DNA of 64,000 nucleotides from an uncultured Chlamydiae bacterium (GTDB lineage Bacteria; Chlamydiota; Chlamydiia; Chlamydiales; 2-12-FULL-49-11): NCBI GenBank assembly GCA_937996705.1, contig CALKUQ010000021.1, positions 64,527 to 128,526 of the forward strand, read 5' to 3'. Shown piece by piece: positions 58,535 to 64,000 of this stretch (position 1 is its first letter; each line of letters starts with the position of its first letter). The notes under the pieces were generated by a model. It saw only the letters and a program-made list of their open reading frames with translations, ran no database searches and was not told where the DNA came from. The position numbers and the translations under genes were made by a program.

Positions 58535-58923
58535 TAAGATCCAACCTTCAAGCTAATTCCTGCAGTTGCAGCAGAGATGAAAGTTCCCCACAAAAGATCA
58601 TAAATCACAATTTTCAAAGGCCAACCTCGAAGGGTTGCAAAGTTTGTTAAGTCATAGGTAGCATATGCAACAAAGCCAAATAGAGCTCCGCATAATAGGG
58701 CGTTTTTTATAGAAGCAGTTTCCACAGAGGGCAAAATTGCAAAAAAAACAAGGCCTCCAATGTATATTAGATAAAAAAGAAGAGCTGGAACTAACTTAAA
58801 TTGGGGTGCCATCAAATGCCCAATCTCTCTTTGATAAAGAGTTTTGGCAATCACACCAAGCCAAAGCATATCGATCAAAAAGAAAATCAGAACCGCTATT
58901 AGATAAAATTTCACGAAGGTCAT
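58519..58923 (-). CDS. DUF2177-like small membrane protein
   Basis: 134 aa with 4 TM helices and an N-terminal FLIDMLWLGVIAKTLYQ pattern, recalled from DUF2177 proteins. It overlaps the downstream gene by 16 nt. Confidence 0.5.
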   Translation of the reverse strand: MTFVKFYLIAVLIFFLIDMLWLGVIAKTLYQREIGHLMAPQFKLVPALLFYLIYIGGLVFFAILPSVETASIKNALLCGALFGFVAYATYDLTNFATLRGWPLKIVIYDLLWGTFISAATAGISLKVGSYWKIF

Positions 58924-59095
58924 TTTCGCATCGTATCAAATTATTTTTCTTTATTCAAATCAAATCCTTTGAATGTGGGGACTCACAAGATTTAAGATTA
59001 CAAAAAATCAATTTTAACTTACGATAATACGCCTAATATAACGACACAATCCGATTATTCTGGTTGTTTATACATAATCAATTAAAGGAGCAATT

Positions 59096-60841
59096 ATGGA
59101 TGGAATAATAGGAACCTCAAAACCTAGATTATCAACTGAAGAACTTGAAGCTTTGACAGCAAGTGTTAGAGCCGATTTTAGAGAATTTGGCGTAGTGTTA
59201 CCTTCGCACACAGAAACCTCTTCTTTGCAACTGGTTCCTCAAAGAGCTCCTCTGGGCGAAAGATCTCTCAAACACCTTATTAAAAACCTATCTTCTTTTT
59301 TAAAACACTCTCAGGATATAGTTGCCGTTTGTGCTGAGGGTGTAACCTATGAATTTAGCTCCTACGAGTCTTCAGGGAATTCCTATTTTCTCCTCTATTT
59401 AAAGGATAAAGTCCACGATGTTTTGTCTCTTAAATACAACGCTGTAGATGAATTGCTTGAAATAGAATACGCAACACCCGAAAAACATGAATATACTAGC
59501 CTTAAAAAAGAAGAGCTTTTTCAGAAAGATAATCCCTGGAACAAAAGGCTTTTAGCGCTAGAATCTAAATTCTCAATCAATTCTTCCGTGACAAGAGTCG
59601 TCCGTCCTATGAACGAAAGTCGTATCCCCGATTTTAGAAGCTTATCCTCTGCGTCTGACGCAGGCTCAGGTTTATCTCCCATTAGAAGTATTAGAGGAGG
59701 TGGCGCTGGAGCATCTGCGGCTGTTATATCTAGACCTCTTACAGTGATTGAAGAATTTTTAACCAGCTTTGATGGCGAAAAAGTTATTTCCTTTTTAATT
59801 CAGCCAACTATAACAATTCAATCATACGCAGTAGAACTGTATAGAGCTGGAATCTTACAAGGACTCGATCCTTCGACTTTTAGTGAGATCCAACTAATCT
59901 CCAAAGAGACTCTTGAAGAAATGATTGTTTTAAATTCAAAAGGGAACGTTATCAGAGCAAATCAGGAATATCGAGGAGTTACTTACTCTGCATTTAAGCA
60001 GACAGGAATGAATTTAACTTTTTCACTAAAAGAGAGTTGTTCTTTAACTATTCACATTGATGGTTTGCAGCCTAAATCAAATCTATTACAATTAAAAATA
60101 GAGAGTGAATTAACTTTTGAATCCGCAGCAAAAGTTATTTCTAGGGAAGTTAGAAATCAGAAAATAATTAACGATCACTCCAATTTTATCCTTATTTTAA
60201 ATGGGAAAAAAGTGGCTATAGTCGATTGTCTTGGAGAATTTGTTTGGATTAAACCCGACTTAAGCAAAGATCTCACCTTAAAAACTCTTTTCAAAACAAA
60301 TCCCCCTGTATTCCATCTTGTTAAGGAATTAATCTTTGAAAAAAAGATGCTATCCCTATTTCTAGGGGATTTTTCCTCATTTGAAGACTCTGAATATAAA
60401 ATCACAAGCTCTCTAGAGGGTCCCAAAAAGATCATTACTCTAGAATCGAAACACGATCCCTCAACCCACTTTGAGCTCATTTTTTCAATGGGGAATTTTG
60501 TAACGATGAAACATGTTAAATCAAAAGTCTATTATGAACTTCATCAAATGAACGATCCTAAAAGCCCTTTAAACAAAACACTTACTGCTGTTGCCAAAAA
60601 ATTGCGCCATCATAATCACGAATTAGGATTGTTAAAGCAGTATATAGATCATATGAATAAAACGACCTCTGTAGGCAAGCACGTAGTTGATAAAAAAGGC
60701 CAATCTTACTCTATCCTAGAATTGACAGACAAAAAAATTGTCTTCCAACTTTCAACCCCTCCCCTCACATCCTATACTATGTCTATCGATAACCCAATGT
60801 CGATTGAAGAAAAAACATTGTTTGTGAATCTATTTTATTAA
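59096..60841 (+). CDS. Hypothetical protein (581 aa), orphan
   Basis: AAAGGAG RBS and a long clean ORF. The N-terminal ~200 aa look disordered (Ser/Gly/Ala-rich SASDAGSGLSPIRSIRGGGAGASAAV), followed by a mixed alpha/beta region. No recognisable domain. Confidence 0.6.
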   Translation: MDGIIGTSKPRLSTEELEALTASVRADFREFGVVLPSHTETSSLQLVPQRAPLGERSLKHLIKNLSSFLKHSQDIVAVCAEGVTYEFSSYESSGNSYFLLYLKDKVHDVLSLKYNAVDELLEIEYATPEKHEYTSLKKEELFQKDNPWNKRLLALESKFSINSSVTRVVRPMNESRIPDFRSLSSASDAGSGLSPIRSIRGGGAGASAAVISRPLTVIEEFLTSFDGEKVISFLIQPTITIQSYAVELYRAGILQGLDPSTFSEIQLISKETLEEMIVLNSKGNVIRANQEYRGVTYSAFKQTGMNLTFSLKESCSLTIHIDGLQPKSNLLQLKIESELTFESAAKVISREVRNQKIINDHSNFILILNGKKVAIVDCLGEFVWIKPDLSKDLTLKTLFKTNPPVFHLVKELIFEKKMLSLFLGDFSSFEDSEYKITSSLEGPKKIITLESKHDPSTHFELIFSMGNFVTMKHVKSKVYYELHQMNDPKSPLNKTLTAVAKKLRHHNHELGLLKQYIDHMNKTTSVGKHVVDKKGQSYSILELTDKKIVFQLSTPPLTSYTMSIDNPMSIEEKTLFVNLFY

Positions 60842-60994
60842 ATTTCTTTCGAAACTCGCTTTGCTTAAAAAATTAGGGAGTTTTGAGCTGGTTTTTTAAA
60901 GTGAACGGAGTTTCGAAAAGATCTCTATTTATAAAGAAAATGATTGAAGAATCGACTTGATAAAAAACACCCTTGATATTGCATAATGCTATGC

Positions 60995-61405
60995 ATGAAT
61001 TTTTCTACCACCCGCGAACACAGTTCGCTAGAGGATGCAGAGCCCACAGAGAAAGAAAATAAGATTAGAGAAAACATCATTGGAGCAGCCATAGATGTAC
61101 ATCGAATTCTTGGGCCTGGACTTTTGGAATCTGCATATGAATCTTGTTTAATTTAGGAGTTACGGCTTCGAAAACTAAAAGTAGAAAGCCAAAAAGCGAT
61201 ACCGGTATTTTATAAAGATGTAATGCTTGATTGTGGTTACCCAGCTGATTTGGTCATTGAAGATCAATTGATTGTTGCAATCAAATCTGTAGCAGGGATT
61301 TCCCCAATTCACGAAGCACATATACCTCTTCCAAATGAATCTTACATATCTTTCATTACCAGCATCTTCATCTTTAAATTTGCCTCGGGCTTACCTAGTT
61401 TTTAA
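60995..61405 (+). pseudogene. GxxExxY-family (PD-(D/E)XK nuclease superfamily) pseudogene
   Basis: The translation is ...[75 protein letters not shown]...PIHEA... with an in-frame TAG at 61154-61156 and a degenerate C-terminus. Confidence 0.7.
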
Positions 61406-61500
61406 ATAGAGTGCGCCCTCGGCACCAACTAGCGTCTAATTTAAATAGGAAGCGCATGTAAAGAAATCTGGGTAAGATTCATTTGGAACTGCTATATACT
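61384..61500. repeat. Dispersed repeat, copy A
   Basis: It matches the reverse complement of 40159-40230 at about 90 percent, and its 3' part matches 52078-52114. It begins inside the last codons of the GxxExxY pseudogene. Confidence 0.8.
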
Positions 61501-61566
61501 TTTACCGATATTACCTGTATTATTATTCTCTCAATAATTGAAAAACAAAGATAATGAGGGTTTCAA

Positions 61567-62370
61567 ATGTATAATTGCACATCAAAAATTTTATCTTATA
61601 GATCACCAGAGCATTTAGTTAGCGGGGTTGTTTTACCTTATTCAGATACCGTTTTAACCACTTCGGATATTGATAAAAAAATAGAAACGAAACTGGCTCA
61701 GATAGCTCATCTAACTCAAAGGATCTCAAAAGGGGGTACCCATGGGGGAAAGAGATTACGTGCCCAAAGAATTTCCCTTCAAGAGCAAATTTTTTTAACC
61801 TCTCAAAGGTTAAAATTATTGAAATTGGCAAAAAATAGTATGCCCGATCATTTTCAATTCATTAAAAAAGATCTACAGTTTGGGGGAAAGCAAAGAATTA
61901 TGACCCTAGTTAGCAGAGGTAGAGAGGCAGAAACTGTAGGAGCTGTAGCGATCATGCCAACAGAGCAGCTTTCGATATTCGATTCCCCTGTATTTGAAGC
62001 TATTGATAAAGAGATAGTGCCTCCAGAAGTTAGAACTATAATTTCTGTAGTACAGAGTATTAAAAGAGAGCTAGAGGGGTCTCTTGAGGATTGTGTAATG
62101 CTAGGAGATTTGTATATATATCCTGAATTTCGAGGGTGCGGGTACTCCAGTTTGCTTATTCAAAAAGTTTGCCTGGAAATTTTTAGTACCACGAAGATCA
62201 AGTGCATCGCGATTGCGCCAGACCCTTTTGAGTATGAAAACAAAATGCAAAAATCGTTACAAGGAACGCCAGAGTATGAGATGAAAAAAGAGCGTCTTAT
62301 AAAGCTCTATCAACTAAATGGATTTGTTTTATGTCAAAGTGAATCTCCTGTTTTATACAAAAAGAAGTAA
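61567..62370 (+). CDS. Protein with a C-terminal GNAT-like acetyltransferase domain
   Basis: A GNAT motif A-like segment is LGDLYIYPEFRGCGYSSLLIQKV. The ~130-aa N-terminal region is of unknown function and has a coiled-coil stretch. Confidence 0.55.
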   Translation: MYNCTSKILSYRSPEHLVSGVVLPYSDTVLTTSDIDKKIETKLAQIAHLTQRISKGGTHGGKRLRAQRISLQEQIFLTSQRLKLLKLAKNSMPDHFQFIKKDLQFGGKQRIMTLVSRGREAETVGAVAIMPTEQLSIFDSPVFEAIDKEIVPPEVRTIISVVQSIKRELEGSLEDCVMLGDLYIYPEFRGCGYSSLLIQKVCLEIFSTTKIKCIAIAPDPFEYENKMQKSLQGTPEYEMKKERLIKLYQLNGFVLCQSESPVLYKKK

Positions 62371-62514
62371 TTTCTTCATCTAGTAGCAAATCAAAGCAGA
62401 TGGTAACATATTGATCGAAAAGCCTTTTCTTGAGTGCATTAGGGGTTTTTTAAACAATAATTTTTAAATGGGGGTTATTCCTGAGAAAAGGAATGCCTTA
62501 AGGAGGTTGAATTT

Positions 62515-62916
62515 ATGAGTATGCCATCAAGACCGGGAGAGGTTGCTGTTACCGGCGGAGATCAAATTTACAAGGCAGCATATGTGATATGGGGACTAAG
62601 ACCTGACAAACTTCCTCGAGCTAAGTATGACGAATTAAACAGTGTTTTGGTAGCGCATCTTACAAGGCAATATGGAATGTATACAGTCGTGGGCAAACCT
62701 TTCGGTAAAAGTCATGTTTTTGTGATTTCTGCGGATTTAGCTGATCCAGAATCAGCCCCCTCTGAAAAATGGCCATGTGGGCTGGATATATGTATGGTGA
62801 CAGATGCAGCTTATAAATGCGGACGGTGTGAGAAAGTCTTCTATTGTTCAGAAGCACATCAGAGAAGAGATTGGCGAAATCATAAAGTTTACTGTATTCC
62901 AATACCTAAGGATTAA
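62515..62916 (+). CDS. MYND-type zinc-finger domain protein (eukaryote-like)
   Basis: Strong SD AAGGAGG. The C-terminus CGLDICMVTDAAYKCGRCEKVFYCSEAHQRRDWRNHKVYC matches the MYND pattern C..C-x8-CxxC-x5-C-x3-[C/H]-x7-H-x3-C, including YCS...Q..DW..HK..C. Confidence 0.75.
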   Translation: MSMPSRPGEVAVTGGDQIYKAAYVIWGLRPDKLPRAKYDELNSVLVAHLTRQYGMYTVVGKPFGKSHVFVISADLADPESAPSEKWPCGLDICMVTDAAYKCGRCEKVFYCSEAHQRRDWRNHKVYCIPIPKD

Positions 62917-62936
62917 TCAAGTTTCAAAAGAAATCT

Positions 62937-62969
62937 AATGAACGGTTCTCTTAGAGATAACCGTTCATT
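62937..62969. terminator. Bidirectional terminator hairpin between convergent MYND and ankyrin genes
   Basis: An 11-bp stem AATGAACGGTT / AACCGTTCATT with an 11-nt loop, flanked by T-rich runs on both strands. The right arm overlaps the last ankyrin codons. Confidence 0.55.
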
Positions 62970-63877
62970 TTCTTATGTAATTCTTCAAGTAAAATTATGG
63001 CCGTTTGACCCTTTTTATTAACAAGATGAGGATCGATTCCTGGATTTTCTAAAAAAATATTTATAATATCCTGACTGTTTCTGCAGATGTTATATTCTTG
63101 ATTGTTACTATAGCTACAACGAACGTTTTGTATAGCAAGAATAAGGGCTGTATTGCCATCTTGATCCGCATAGTTAATCGGTTTTGTTCCAAACCCAAAA
63201 TAAGGACTTGCAGTCATTTCGGGAATCTCTAAAAGCTTTTGGACTGTATTGAGATCATGTTGCATTACAGCCTCCATAAGGGCTGTTCTCCCATATTTGT
63301 TAACATGACTAACATTAGCGCCTGCAGTTAACAGCATTTCTATAATATGCCTTCTCTGGCTCCAGCGAGATATAGCTCGCGAGTGCGCTTGTGGACTAAA
63401 TTCTGAAGTAGCGCGAGCTTGCGTTACAGCTAGAATAAGGTGTGTGTTGTTATTCGCGTACCTGTAATTAATGTCAGCGCCCCCTTTTATAAGCTCCTCT
63501 ACCACCTCAGAATACCCCTCATTTATAGCTTCCTGAAAAGCTTCATTAAGGTTGGGGTTGCCTGTTAGAAGAACCCTTACCAGATTCGGATCATTCTTTC
63601 TTACAGCAAACAGAAGAGCGCTACTTTCAATTCTCCAATCACAGTCGCCAGAGCTCCATGTGTAAGGAATCGGCGTATTAATATTAGCCCCTGCTTGTAG
63701 AAGTTCCTCTATTTTTTCTGAATTGCCCTCACGTACAGCTAAAACAAAAGCAGCATCTAATTGAGTTGTCGTCATGTTTGAGTACTCTTCTATAGGGGAA
63801 CTCTCTTCGTTGGCATCGACTTGAGCAAATCCAACCACTAATAATAGCAGGCAAAAATATGTATTGAGGATTTTCAT
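62951..63877 (-). CDS. Ankyrin-repeat protein with an N-terminal signal peptide (eukaryote-like)
   Basis: The signal is MKILNTYFCLLLLVVGFAQVDA. Several ANK repeats are present (LLQAGANINTP, GADINYRYANNNTHLILAV, GANVSHVNKYGRTALMEAV, DQDGNTALILAI). Confidence 0.85.
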   Translation of the reverse strand: MKILNTYFCLLLLVVGFAQVDANEESSPIEEYSNMTTTQLDAAFVLAVREGNSEKIEELLQAGANINTPIPYTWSSGDCDWRIESSALLFAVRKNDPNLVRVLLTGNPNLNEAFQEAINEGYSEVVEELIKGGADINYRYANNNTHLILAVTQARATSEFSPQAHSRAISRWSQRRHIIEMLLTAGANVSHVNKYGRTALMEAVMQHDLNTVQKLLEIPEMTASPYFGFGTKPINYADQDGNTALILAIQNVRCSYSNNQEYNICRNSQDIINIFLENPGIDPHLVNKKGQTAIILLEELHKKMNGYL

Positions 63878-64000
63878 AAAATTTCTTGGGTTAAAAATTG
63901 TAAATTTTTTTCAGACATTTTGGGCAAATGATTGTATTTTCACTAAAAAACAAAACGCCATGCGTGTAACTCGCTTGACTATAGCACAGTTCTTGTAAAT

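Noticed and set aside
60842-60990. AT-only potential hairpin (cttaaaaaa ... ttttttaag) after the 581-aa gene, as a terminator.
   Set aside because: The stem is composed only of A-T pairs and the loop is ~20 nt, so it is thermodynamically too weak to call.

Overview
This window is from a low-GC member of the Chlamydiae, judged by chlamydia-type EF-Tu and RpoB/RpoC sequences, the chlamydial V-type ATPase operon layout atpE-DUF2764-atpA-atpB-atpD-atpI-atpK, and many candidate effectors with eukaryote-like domains. I cannot name the species from sequence alone. Bases 1-36000 are mostly core genome: valS, an alanine/cation symporter, DAHP synthase plus TspO, fumC, the V-ATPase operon, tal, and the conserved block tRNA-Thr-tuf-tRNA-Trp-secE-nusG-rplKAJL-rpoBC. 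infA, sufE, an ABC-F ATPase and a MazG-like gene follow. Bases 36000-64000 are accessory. They hold a 1076-aa protein with nine or ten exact 30-residue repeats, a MYG1-HEAT-M24 peptidase operon, and orphan small-protein genes. They also hold a PpnN/LOG-domain fusion protein, a candidate papain-like cysteine protease and a tRNA-Met(CAT). Two tight operons stand out. One runs XAT acetyltransferase, Fringe/GT31-like protein, GT17 glycosyltransferase. The other runs DUF2177, DUF1295-DCC fusion, atypical SDR, photolyase-related protein. The window ends with a decayed GxxExxY nuclease gene and a GNAT/MYND/ankyrin cluster. The accessory intergenic regions share a dispersed repeat family, including two long hairpin elements whose arms differ by paired compensatory changes. 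A 54-codon cysteine-rich micro-ORF lies below the ORF-track length cutoff. I found no CRISPR array, rRNA, intact transposase or prophage.
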